From an uncultured Gammaproteobacteria bacterium (lineage in GTDB: Bacteria > Patescibacteriota > Microgenomatia > UBA10105 > UBA927), in the NCBI GenBank assembly GCA_964573695.1, contig CAZNKB010000001.1:132497-196496 (forward strand): a stretch of 64,000 nucleotides of DNA, given 5' to 3'. Each line of letters starts with the position of its first letter. The first letter of the stretch is position 1. The position numbers and the translations under genes are program-made. The notes beneath the pieces were generated by a model. It made no database searches. It saw only the letters and a program-made list of their open reading frames with translations, and had not been told where the DNA came from. Shown one piece after another: positions 19,333 through 28,600 of this stretch.

Positions 19333-20535
19333 TTACGTTGACCGACGGGAAAACAAACTCTGGAATAGGAGCAGGTCCTTTTGAAAATTTTTCACTTCCA
19401 TGGCGTGATTTAGTATTTCCACTTTCCACCGATGCGCCGTGTCCAGTGATTCCCGGGAACTATTCAGTTCTATTTCCCTGGCTTTCTTAGTCTTCTTGTC
19501 GTACGGCACGAAACATACATAGCTGTCATCCGTTATGCCGAAATCCGGAATTGTCACGACATCCTGAATATCCGAATAACGGCAGAGATAGATATGAATA
19601 CCTGCGGCAAAATCCAATTTCATCTGCTCACGAAGTAACGCACGTTTCAATTCCGATTCCTTTTCAACGATGAACACGCGTGTCAGATGCTTACCCCGCA
19701 AAGCAGCAGCTCTTGCATCCTTCATGTATTGTGAATGCGGATCCCAAAATTTTACCATGGGGGTAAAAAACGTAAAAAATCCGTTATGCACCAGATTCCG
19801 AAACCGGAACACCCCTTCTGCCAACGCTTCTTCCGCATCGACCTTGACCCTGCTTCCTTTGGTTTTTTCGACATATTCGGTCAACCCGAGTTTTTCTTTG
19901 AGCGACAGATATCTCTGGTACAGCGGTAATTCAAGCCGGGTAATACACAGGTCCATGATAAGTGGAAAATCGTTTAGGTTTACTTCGCTGTTCATGTGTC
20001 CTGCACGCTTGAGAAGAATCATCGAACTCCCAAGGAAACTTCCGAACTGCTGTGAATATTTCTTTTCCACATATGGATCGTCGTTGGAATACAAGACATA
20101 CGATACGGGAATAAGTTTCTTGAGTTTACGGTAATCGAAATCTGTCTTGTAAAAACTCTTATTCACGAGGTCTATCTGCCAGGATTTATTGAGTTTCTCC
20201 AGGAATGGACAAACAAATATGGCACAATCGAGTTTGATATTGTATCGCTCCACAACATGAAGGATAAACAACGGCCCCAACGAATGACCGATAAACACCA
20301 TCTTTTCCCCCTTACGAAAACTCCGAGCAATTTTGCCAAATTCCGCAAACCAATGCTCCAGGGTTTGTTGCTTTGAAGGAGATTTCTGTCCGGCTTGAGT
20401 AATATGTTCCCATGTATCAACGGGAAACGCCGGAGCGACAACTTCCTGTCCCAGAGATTCAAGCTTATCCTTAAGCTCAGGCAACCAATTACTTCCCGGA
20501 CTTCCGAACGCACCATGAAATAATACAAATTTCAT
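19333..20535 (-). CDS. Two-domain protein: N-terminal RBBP9/YdeN-like alpha/beta serine hydrolase fused to an uncharacterised C-terminal domain
   Basis: First ~195 aa has the alpha/beta-hydrolase pattern (FVLFHGAFGSPGSNW, nucleophile elbow GHSLG). The remaining ~200 aa has no motif I recognise. Confidence 0.5.
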   Translation of the reverse strand: MKFVLFHGAFGSPGSNWLPELKDKLESLGQEVVAPAFPVDTWEHITQAGQKSPSKQQTLEHWFAEFGKIARSFRKGEKMVFIGHSLGPLFILHVVERYNIKLDCAIFVCPFLEKLNKSWQIDLVNKSFYKTDFDYRKLKKLIPVSYVLYSNDDPYVEKKYSQQFGSFLGSSMILLKRAGHMNSEVNLNDFPLIMDLCITRLELPLYQRYLSLKEKLGLTEYVEKTKGSRVKVDAEEALAEGVFRFRNLVHNGFFTFFTPMVKFWDPHSQYMKDARAAALRGKHLTRVFIVEKESELKRALLREQMKLDFAAGIHIYLCRYSDIQDVVTIPDFGITDDSYVCFVPYDKKTKKAREIELNSSRESLDTAHRWKVEILNHAMEVKNFQKDLLLFQSLFSRRST

Positions 20536-20547
20536 ATGCTTTGACCA

Positions 20548-21609
20548 TTATAATCCGCCCTGATCCAATGTCGGACGATCGTCGTCATCGCCGAGTGTTT
20601 GCGTCTGCGAGAGCTTCTGACCCAGCAGGGAAAATGATCCTGAGACAGTGCTCATGGAGTTATACGCATTATTGATATGCTTCCCGAGTACTCCCAAATT
20701 TTCCTCGATTTTTCCGTAGTCCTTCTGAATGGCCCGCAGCAACTGGAATACCTGACGTGACTTCTGTTCGAGGTCTTTTCCCTGAAACGACAAAAGCAAC
20801 ACCTGCAAATGGGCATACAACGTGTTTGGAGAAACCGGATAGACACGTAATTTCCGCGCGTAATCCATAAGCTCTTCCATGTTTGCTATTTCGTAATACA
20901 CACCCTCACTCGGTATGTACATAAGGGCAAAATCCATAGTCCCTTCTTCCGGCAGAATATATTTTCGGCTTATATCCGTCACGTGTTTTTTCACATCCGT
21001 CACAAAATCACGTTTGGCGGAATTTCTCATTACTTCGGTCTCTCCTTTGTGCATCTTGGTAAAATTTTCCATGGGAAACTTGGAATCGACGCAGAGAAGT
21101 CCGGCATCTGTTTTTAGCACCGCGTCGACTTTTACCCCGCTCTTAAACTGATACTGCAGGTGAAATGAATTTTTCGGAAACGCCTGACCAATCATGTCCT
21201 GCATCACCTGCTCCCCGATATTACCCCGGAGCTTCGGCGACTGTAAAAATTCCTGAAGACTCCGGATTCCTTTTCCCACCTCGGACATCTCCCCCAGATT
21301 TTGCTTGAGGTCGCCGATAACCCGGGCAGCGGTATCGAGCCGGTCATTCAGCTGTTTGGTGTTTACCTGAAGAAGCTTGCTTACATCGCTTGTTTGACCA
21401 CGCATGGCCTCGTTTAGCGCCTTGTTTGTATTTTCTATGCTGCTCTGCATCGACTTAAGCCATTCGGTAAGAGTGGAGTCATCTTTTTTTTCCGTAAGTT
21501 TGGCAAGCTCTTTTTTCACCAAATATCCTATCACCGCAAATCCTGTAATCACGACTGAGATGAGAACGATAAAGTCTGCACTCATGATGCCCCATTGTAG
21601 CACGCGCAT
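20548..21609 (-). CDS. rmuC: DNA recombination protein RmuC
   Basis: N-terminal TM, long coiled-coil, and conserved C-terminal RmuC region (...PSEGVYYE..., ...AHLQVLLLSFQG...). Confidence 0.7.
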   Translation of the reverse strand: MRVLQWGIMSADFIVLISVVITGFAVIGYLVKKELAKLTEKKDDSTLTEWLKSMQSSIENTNKALNEAMRGQTSDVSKLLQVNTKQLNDRLDTAARVIGDLKQNLGEMSEVGKGIRSLQEFLQSPKLRGNIGEQVMQDMIGQAFPKNSFHLQYQFKSGVKVDAVLKTDAGLLCVDSKFPMENFTKMHKGETEVMRNSAKRDFVTDVKKHVTDISRKYILPEEGTMDFALMYIPSEGVYYEIANMEELMDYARKLRVYPVSPNTLYAHLQVLLLSFQGKDLEQKSRQVFQLLRAIQKDYGKIEENLGVLGKHINNAYNSMSTVSGSFSLLGQKLSQTQTLGDDDDRPTLDQGGL

Positions 21610-21630
21610 AAACTCCCCTACAATAAACGT

Positions 21631-21948
21631 ATGGAGCGTAACCAGAACATCCGTAACCCGAGTATGTTGTTTATGGGTATTATCGGGGTGATCGTGACTG
21701 CTATTTACGTCAACGTCACCTCCCCGGGTTCGCTTTTGTTATTGGCGGGATTTTTCGGGCTCTTCTTTTTTTCTTTCTTAGCTTTGGGGCTCTATGTATT
21801 CCCAAAGAAACGCCATGCTATCTTACTTGCCGTGGGAATGACGCTTTTTTTGGTCCTTCGTCTTTTAGGACTCCGGCAATTCTGGTATACGGGACTACTC
21901 ATTGCGAGCGTTATAGCATTAGAAATGCTATGGAAAGAACATGTGTAG
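21631..21948 (+). CDS. Small membrane protein (3 predicted TM helices), hypothetical
   Basis: 105-aa hydrophobic ORF in an otherwise empty interval. No motif. Confidence 0.3.
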   Translation: MERNQNIRNPSMLFMGIIGVIVTAIYVNVTSPGSLLLLAGFFGLFFFSFLALGLYVFPKKRHAILLAVGMTLFLVLRLLGLRQFWYTGLLIASVIALEMLWKEHV

Positions 21949-21992
21949 CCTTGCTGCTTCCTTAAAACACAAGGAGGTGTAAAATACAGACT

Positions 21993-23447
21993 ATGAACAA
22001 AAAATTCTACATTACCTGCGCTATCCCGTACGTCAACGCCGCTCCGCACATCGGACACGCGTTGGAATTTGTACAGGGCGATGTCATTGCGCGCTACCAG
22101 CGCTTACTGGGTGCGGATACGCTCCTTCTTTCCGGCGGCGACGAAAACGCACTTAAAAACGTGCAGGCCGCGGAAAAAGCCGGCCAACCGGTGCAGCAGT
22201 TTATTGACGAAAATAACGTTAAATTTAACGAACTCACCCGGGCGCTCGGATGCCAATTTGACGTTTGGCAAAAAGGAAGCGACACCACCCACCACTTCCC
22301 TTCAAGCCAAAAATTATGGGAGCGCTGCGACAAAGCCGGAGATATTTATAAAAAAGCCTATGAAGGCCTCTATTGCGTGGGGTGCGAAACGTTTTATGAA
22401 CCGGGAGAGTTAAACGAACAAGGAGAATGTTTTGAGCATCCAGGGAAAAAACTTGAAGTAGTAAAAGAAGAAAATTATTTTTTCCGGCTATCCAAATACC
22501 AAAAACAAATTGTAGACCTTATCACATCAAATAATCTGCTTATTACTCCTGACACACGAAGAAACGAGGTATTGTCGTTCCTCAAACAACCGCTTCAGGA
22601 CATAAGTATTTCCCGAAGCAACGAACGCGCAAAAAATTGGGGGGTTCCTGTTCCTAACGACCCTACCCAGCGGATGTACGTTTGGTTTGACGCGCTTAAC
22701 ATTTACCAGTCGGGTGTAGGATTCGGCTGGAATGAGGACACATACAATAAATGGTGGCCGGCGGATGTCCACGTTATCGGCAAAGGAATAAGCAGGTTTC
22801 ACGCCGTCTATTGGCCGGCGTTCCTGCTCTCCGCAGGACTTAAAACCCCCAAATCGTTATTCGTACACGGATACTTTACCGTCAATGGCCAAAAGATGAG
22901 CAAAACCCTGGGCAACGTCATTGACCCAATTGAACTCATCAACAAATACGGTTCCGACGCATTACGGTATTACTTCCTCCGCGAAATTCCGCCGGCATCA
23001 GACGGAGATTTTTCTGAACGACGATTTAAAGAAGTCTATAACGCCGAACTTGCCAACGGACTGGGAAACTTTACTGCAAGGGTAGCAAAGCTCTGTGAAC
23101 AATCTACTATTTCTCCTACAGCATACCAACCTAACTTTGAAGCCGTCGTACTCAAATACGAATTACTTCGTACGCAATTTACCCAATACCAATTTGATGA
23201 ATATATCAAATCTATACAACTGCTTATAGCAGGATGGGATCAGTCGCTTGAAGAGCACAAACCCTGGCAGTATAAAAATGAAATTGAAAAAAATCTCCCT
23301 GGCTATCTTGAAACGCTTGTCACTGCTGTACGGGTAGTAGCCGAATTATTCCGCCCAATACTTCCGTTAACATCGGAAAAAATACTGAAGCAATTTGCCG
23401 GCCCGACGATAAAATCAGAAGCTCCACTATTTCCGCGGCTTTCGTAA
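21993..23447 (+). CDS. metG: Methionyl-tRNA synthetase (short form, no C-terminal tRNA-binding domain)
   Basis: ITCAIPYVNAAPHIGHA (HIGH), KMSKT (KMSKS) and a CxxC knuckle. Strong SD AAGGAGGTG at 21972-21980. Confidence 0.9.
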   Translation: MNKKFYITCAIPYVNAAPHIGHALEFVQGDVIARYQRLLGADTLLLSGGDENALKNVQAAEKAGQPVQQFIDENNVKFNELTRALGCQFDVWQKGSDTTHHFPSSQKLWERCDKAGDIYKKAYEGLYCVGCETFYEPGELNEQGECFEHPGKKLEVVKEENYFFRLSKYQKQIVDLITSNNLLITPDTRRNEVLSFLKQPLQDISISRSNERAKNWGVPVPNDPTQRMYVWFDALNIYQSGVGFGWNEDTYNKWWPADVHVIGKGISRFHAVYWPAFLLSAGLKTPKSLFVHGYFTVNGQKMSKTLGNVIDPIELINKYGSDALRYYFLREIPPASDGDFSERRFKEVYNAELANGLGNFTARVAKLCEQSTISPTAYQPNFEAVVLKYELLRTQFTQYQFDEYIKSIQLLIAGWDQSLEEHKPWQYKNEIEKNLPGYLETLVTAVRVVAELFRPILPLTSEKILKQFAGPTIKSEAPLFPRLS

Positions 23448-23505
23448 AAACGGTTAATTTGTTACCTTGTGAAGGGCTAATAAATTAATAGTTAATTGTT
23501 TACGT

Positions 23506-24285
23506 ATGTACATCGATACACATGTCCAACTCAACTTTTCCGACTTTGACAACGACCGCGCGCTTGTTATCGGCAACGCCAAAAAAGCAGGTGTGAAGCA
23601 GTTTATCGTTCCGGGAGTGGATCATTTGTCTTGCCGGACAGCCGTACACCTGGCAACCAGACACCCGGGGGTTATATTTGCCGCAGTAGGATTCCATCCG
23701 TATGAAGCGCCAAAAAATCCCGATGTATCCTATGTGGAAACCCTGCTCAAAAACGAGAAGAATGCCGGAACAATCGTGGCCATAGGCGAATGCGGACTGG
23801 ATTATCACCAATATAAAGGTGAGGTGGCGGCGGGTCGTAAGGACGTACAGCAGCAATTGTTTTTCGACCAGCTGCAACTTGCTATCGCGTATAATCTTCC
23901 CGTTATTATCCATTGTCGGGATGCGTTCGAAGATCTCTTTGCCGTCATATCACGCCTACCACAAGTACCCCGCGGGGTTGTCCATTGTTTTTCCGGTGGA
24001 TTACAGGATCTGCGGATTATTGGTGAACTTGGCCTCTATGTGGGAATAGACGGAAATGTCACGTACTCCAAACAAATGGGGACAGTTGTCCCGCACATTC
24101 CATTGTCCATGTTGCTTTTGGAAACCGATGCCCCGTATCTCACGCCCGTTCCCCACAGGGGAGAGCGGAATGAACCGAAGTATATACCGCTCATTGCCAG
24201 TCACATTGCCAAACTCCAGGGTATAAAAATAACCGATGTCATGACTGCTACGACAACTAACGCGCAAACGCTATTTTCGCTCTGA
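23506..24285 (+). CDS. tatD: TatD-family metal-dependent hydrolase/DNase
   Basis: MYIDTHVQLN... (His-x-His start), GECGLDYH, VIIHCRDA and LLETDAPYL motifs. Confidence 0.8.
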   Translation: MYIDTHVQLNFSDFDNDRALVIGNAKKAGVKQFIVPGVDHLSCRTAVHLATRHPGVIFAAVGFHPYEAPKNPDVSYVETLLKNEKNAGTIVAIGECGLDYHQYKGEVAAGRKDVQQQLFFDQLQLAIAYNLPVIIHCRDAFEDLFAVISRLPQVPRGVVHCFSGGLQDLRIIGELGLYVGIDGNVTYSKQMGTVVPHIPLSMLLLETDAPYLTPVPHRGERNEPKYIPLIASHIAKLQGIKITDVMTATTTNAQTLFSL

Positions 24286-24316
24286 TTCGTCGCGTGGTAT
24301 AATTTAGCTTGATTCT

Positions 24317-25798
24317 ATGCGCCAAATATTTTTGCGTTACCCCAATAAAACGCAGCGGATTTTAGAAATTGCCATACCACTTACCTCCTGGTTCATTATT
24401 ACCATGCCGCTTTGGTTATCTTTCTGGCATCCGGCGCTTGTGGCTTATCTTATTATCACATTTGACGTGTATTGGTTTTATAAATCAGTTTCCCTGGTCA
24501 TTTTTGCGCTTCGGTCATTCGTCATGTTTACCGCACACACAGCGGTCAATTGGCTTGAGCAGGCAAAAAATCTCTCACACTTTCAGGAACTCTGGCATGT
24601 CGTGATCATACCCGAATTCCAGGAACCTATTCACATCCTCAGGCGTACTCTCGATAACCTATCAAAACAGGATTTTCCGAGGGAACGCATCATTATCGTC
24701 CTCGCCACGGAAACCAAAGACCCAAACAGCACCGAAACGGCAAAAATTCTCAAAAAGGAATATGCCGGTTTATTCGGTCATTTCCTGGTAACCAAACACA
24801 CGCTTACGACAGGGGAAACGGCCGGCAAATCATCCAATATGGCGTGGGCGGCCAAAAAAATTGCGGTGTTACTTTCTGAAAAACATATCCCCTTAGAATG
24901 GACGACCGTCACGTCATGCGACGCCGACGCCCTTCCCCACCCGAAATATTTTTCGGCGCTCGCATACCAATTCCTTAGCGATCCGCATCGCCACGATCAT
25001 TTTTACCAGGGAAGCATTATGTTCTATAACAACATTTGGCGTATCCCGCTTCCTAACCGGTTCTTAAACACGTTAAACAGCATGTGGAACCTCGCGTTTT
25101 TATCGCAGCAATCGCGGCTTATCAACTTTTCAACGTATTCGCTGTCATTTAAGACAGCCGCCTCTGTCGGATTTTGGGCCGTGGATGTAATCCCTGAGGA
25201 TTACCATATGTTTTTTACGGTGTATTTCTCCCGTGGAGAACGCGTATCCGTACAGCCAATTTTTTTGCCAATTTTGGTGGACGCCGCGGAAAGTCATGGG
25301 TTTTTCAACACGTTTATCAACCAATACGAACAATCCAAGCGTTGGGCATGGGGCGTATCGGATATCCCGTATGTTATCCGGGAGACGTTTATTCACACGG
25401 AAATCAAATTATCAGACCGAATACGAAGACTTGCATCTCTTCTCGAACATCATCTGCTTTGGCCGACAAATTGGTTTATCCTTACATTGGGCAGCACGGT
25501 ACCGCCCCTTATTAATCCAAGTTTTGCCCGTACCGTACTCGGACACAACCTCGCACAAATTTCCTCAGGCATTCTTACCCTGTCGACGATCTTCCTCATC
25601 ATCGTATTTGTTATAGACTGGCGTATCAAACCGCCCCCGCCAAAAGCCTACCCCAAGTGGAAGCTCCCCCTCCTTTATCTACAGTGGCTGACGCTGCCGA
25701 TTATTTCTTTCTTTCTCTCTGCGTTACCGGGACTTGATGCGCACACGAGGCTCATGCTTGGAAAGCGACTGGAATATCGCGTCACCGAAAAGATATAA
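24317..25798 (+). CDS. Processive family-2 glycosyltransferase (cellulose/chitin-synthase-like) with flanking TM helices
   Basis: N- and C-terminal TM bundles, catalytic region with D, CDAD (DxD) and QSKRW (Q-x-x-R-W) motifs typical of processive GT2 synthases. Confidence 0.7.
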   Translation: MRQIFLRYPNKTQRILEIAIPLTSWFIITMPLWLSFWHPALVAYLIITFDVYWFYKSVSLVIFALRSFVMFTAHTAVNWLEQAKNLSHFQELWHVVIIPEFQEPIHILRRTLDNLSKQDFPRERIIIVLATETKDPNSTETAKILKKEYAGLFGHFLVTKHTLTTGETAGKSSNMAWAAKKIAVLLSEKHIPLEWTTVTSCDADALPHPKYFSALAYQFLSDPHRHDHFYQGSIMFYNNIWRIPLPNRFLNTLNSMWNLAFLSQQSRLINFSTYSLSFKTAASVGFWAVDVIPEDYHMFFTVYFSRGERVSVQPIFLPILVDAAESHGFFNTFINQYEQSKRWAWGVSDIPYVIRETFIHTEIKLSDRIRRLASLLEHHLLWPTNWFILTLGSTVPPLINPSFARTVLGHNLAQISSGILTLSTIFLIIVFVIDWRIKPPPPKAYPKWKLPLLYLQWLTLPIISFFLSALPGLDAHTRLMLGKRLEYRVTEKI

Positions 25799-27129
25799 TG
25801 GAAACAGTCGGTATGTTAAACGCTCTGCTTACCCATACACCGTTGCTTTATTTGGTCCAGAGTCTCTGGCGGGATGAGGCGTTTTCTATCCTAGCCGCAC
25901 AGCGGCCTATATCTTTTATTGTTTCGCGCTTGGGATTCGAACCCCCCGTCTACTATCTCATGCTGCATTTTTGGATGAAGGTATTCGGCTCAGGAGAAAT
26001 AGCAGCGCGCAGCTTGTCGTTATTGGGATTTCTCATAGCGACCGTCCTCATGATCGAATGGGGACATACGCTCTACAAAAAACACTGGCTATCATGGTAT
26101 TTACCGCTATTTTTTTTCCTCAATCCCATGCTTCTTTACTACGCGTTTGAAGTGCGCACGTATGGGTGGTATATCTGCTTTGCCACCGCCACACTCATCG
26201 CTTACTCTTCGCGACAATGGAAGTGGTTTATCATTTCGGCGGTACTCGGATTTTATACTCACGTATATATACTTCCGTTTGTCGGTGTACTGGGACTTCA
26301 TTGGCTCTGGACCAAAAAACCGACACTCAAGGGACTTGTCAGCTTTATAAAAAAAGACAGCGGCATCAAGTCATTTATCACCGTCGGTGTACTTATGTTG
26401 CCATGGCTCATACGGATTGGCTTTGAAGCCTCCCGTATGAAAACATCCTGGTACTACCCGGTAGATCTGCAGCTTATCCGTTCAGCACTGGGAAATATGT
26501 TTATCGGGTACGAAGGAACGCCCTGGTACGGCTGGACCTATACATCTTACCTTTCCGTCGCTCTGATGCTTTGCGCGGGACTGGCACTCACCCATACATT
26601 ACACAGGAAACAGACTGATCTATTTATCATATTCGGTGCCGTTCCGCTTGCGCTAGTTATTGCCATATCGTTTATAAAACCGCTGTTTGTGAACCGATAT
26701 CTCATCCCCACCACCATAGCCGAAGTCCTCATAGTGGTTATGGCAATCGCGGCGATCAAAAATACGGTAATCCAAAAAATTGCGGCAGTTGCGGCGTTAT
26801 GTGGGGTTCTTTGGGTAAATTGGTGGTATCCGCCGCTTCACGCCAAGTTGGCGATACGGGATTCGTTTGAGCAGATAAACGTCATTTCAAAACCGGACGA
26901 TATATTTCTCGCGTCGGATCCTATTATCTACCTGGAAACGTTATACTACGCGAAGGATAGATCACGTGTGTATTTATATAATCCGATGAACAACGTATTC
27001 CCCTGGTATATCGGTGACGCACTCATTACTCCTTCGAGAATGCTTCGTGACTATCCGCTCTATCCTAACCGAGCAATACTCGTGTATCCCGATACGACGT
27101 ATGAAATCGTATATAGGATGCCGTTATGA
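25798..27129 (+). CDS. GT-C fold glycosyltransferase (ArnT/PMT/GT39-83-like polytopic membrane protein)
   Basis: About 11 predicted TM helices with a loop motif near the first helix (WRDEAF...), typical of lipid-phosphate-sugar dependent GT-C enzymes. ATG overlaps the upstream stop (ATAATGG). Confidence 0.55.
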   Translation: METVGMLNALLTHTPLLYLVQSLWRDEAFSILAAQRPISFIVSRLGFEPPVYYLMLHFWMKVFGSGEIAARSLSLLGFLIATVLMIEWGHTLYKKHWLSWYLPLFFFLNPMLLYYAFEVRTYGWYICFATATLIAYSSRQWKWFIISAVLGFYTHVYILPFVGVLGLHWLWTKKPTLKGLVSFIKKDSGIKSFITVGVLMLPWLIRIGFEASRMKTSWYYPVDLQLIRSALGNMFIGYEGTPWYGWTYTSYLSVALMLCAGLALTHTLHRKQTDLFIIFGAVPLALVIAISFIKPLFVNRYLIPTTIAEVLIVVMAIAAIKNTVIQKIAAVAALCGVLWVNWWYPPLHAKLAIRDSFEQINVISKPDDIFLASDPIIYLETLYYAKDRSRVYLYNPMNNVFPWYIGDALITPSRMLRDYPLYPNRAILVYPDTTYEIVYRMPL

Positions 27130-27515
27130 AATTTACTCCTCCCGTGTCCTTACCGGAGAATCTGCTCCAGGGAATCGGCGCGACCCGATCCACATGGGAA
27201 TATAAATGGGCAACTGCTTTTGTATGGATCCAATTCCTCTTGGGAAGCGTCACACTTGCATGGTATTGGAGGGTTCTTCCTCCGCAAGTGCCGCTTTGGT
27301 ACAGTAAACCCTGGGGCGACGAACGGTTAGCCTCGCCGTGGTTTTTGTTACTTCCGTTTATATCTTCCGGAGTTATTTACATTATTAATCTTGCAGCAGT
27401 CGCACGTTTTGCCGGCAATCACCCGATGTTTGTACGGGTGCTGCTGCTGACTTCTATGCTTATATCATTGCTGAGCGGTTATATCGTCGTTCGTATTGTT
27501 ACCCTGGTAAGCTAA
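27126..27515 (+). CDS. Small 4-TM membrane protein (GtrA-like?) within the glycan cluster
   Basis: 129-aa ORF with four hydrophobic segments, overlapping stops/starts with both neighbours. Confidence 0.35.
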   Translation: MKFTPPVSLPENLLQGIGATRSTWEYKWATAFVWIQFLLGSVTLAWYWRVLPPQVPLWYSKPWGDERLASPWFLLLPFISSGVIYIINLAAVARFAGNHPMFVRVLLLTSMLISLLSGYIVVRIVTLVS

Positions 27516-28600
27516 TGAGCCCGTTTCTTCCCATATTACTCGCAACTTTGTTCATAACTCTTGGGCTAACCCCGCTCGTCATTATTTTCGCAAAACGATT
27601 CGGATTGGTTGATGATCCGAAGCACCGGTATCACCCGGCTCACACCCACAAGGGGGTTATCCCGCGTGCCGGCGGACTCGCGTTATTTTTGGGGATTGCC
27701 TCAATGATAGTCATTTCCCTTCCGATGACTTCGCAGATCGTCGGCATAATCCTCGGAAGCTTTATCCTAACTGCCGTAGGACTTATGGATGACAAACGCG
27801 ACGTCAGTCCATACATACGTCTGACGATCAACATTCTTGTCGCACTCATCGTCGTGAGCACGGGTAGCTCTATTCCCTTTATCACCAACCCGCTTACCGG
27901 TGGAGTATTACCGCTTTCCATATGGAACTGGACCATAACGATCGGGTCGTTTCATATAGCATTCGGGCTACCGCAAATACTCGCGGTTCTTTGGATCGTA
28001 TGGACCATGAACATCATAGGCTGGAGCGCGGGTGTAGACGGGCAAATGCCCGGATATGTCGCCATATCTGCGTTTATCCTGGGACTCCTTTCCCTTCGGT
28101 ACAGCATACTCGACGCAAACCAAATTTGGGTAACGGTATTGGCGTTTATCATAACCGGCGCGTTTTTGGGATTTTTACCATGGAATTTTTATCCCCAAAA
28201 AATTATGCCCGGATACGGCGGCAAAACCCTGGCCGGATATTTTTTGGCGCTCCTGGGTATTTTGTCGTTTGCCAAACTGGGGACCGCACTACTGGTCTTG
28301 GGAATCCCCATGCTTGACGCGGTAGCAACCCTTGTCCGACGGATAGGCATGAGAAAATCGCCGGTACTTGCCGACCGCGGCCACCTCCACCATAAACTTC
28401 TCGATATAGGATGGAGCAAACCCCGCATCGCCTTGTTTTACTGGGGAGTCTCGGCTATACTGGGGCTGGTCTCACTCACGGTCACAAGTACGCTAAAAGT
28501 ATTTGCATTTGTCGCTGTGGCTGTTGCGTTGACCATGTTTCTCGTATGGGTCAGCTTCTTTACGCAATTCTCAAAGCAGCGAGACCACGACAGTGGCTAA
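27515..28600 (+). CDS. Polyprenyl-phosphate HexNAc-1-phosphate transferase, GT4/MraY-WecA family
   Basis: Polytopic membrane protein with HTHKGVIPRAGGL (MraY/WecA cytoplasmic loop motif) and conserved Asp-containing loops. Confidence 0.7.
   Translation: MSPFLPILLATLFITLGLTPLVIIFAKRFGLVDDPKHRYHPAHTHKGVIPRAGGLALFLGIASMIVISLPMTSQIVGIILGSFILTAVGLMDDKRDVSPYIRLTINILVALIVVSTGSSIPFITNPLTGGVLPLSIWNWTITIGSFHIAFGLPQILAVLWIVWTMNIIGWSAGVDGQMPGYVAISAFILGLLSLRYSILDANQIWVTVLAFIITGAFLGFLPWNFYPQKIMPGYGGKTLAGYFLALLGILSFAKLGTALLVLGIPMLDAVATLVRRIGMRKSPVLADRGHLHHKLLDIGWSKPRIALFYWGVSAILGLVSLTVTSTLKVFAFVAVAVALTMFLVWVSFFTQFSKQRDHDSG

Noticed and set aside
28411-28545. N-terminal 45-aa Cys-rich extension of the UbiA-family ORF
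   Set aside because: Would overlap the MraY/WecA-like gene by ~190 nt in another frame. The internal Met at 28546 gives a protein beginning at the conserved region.
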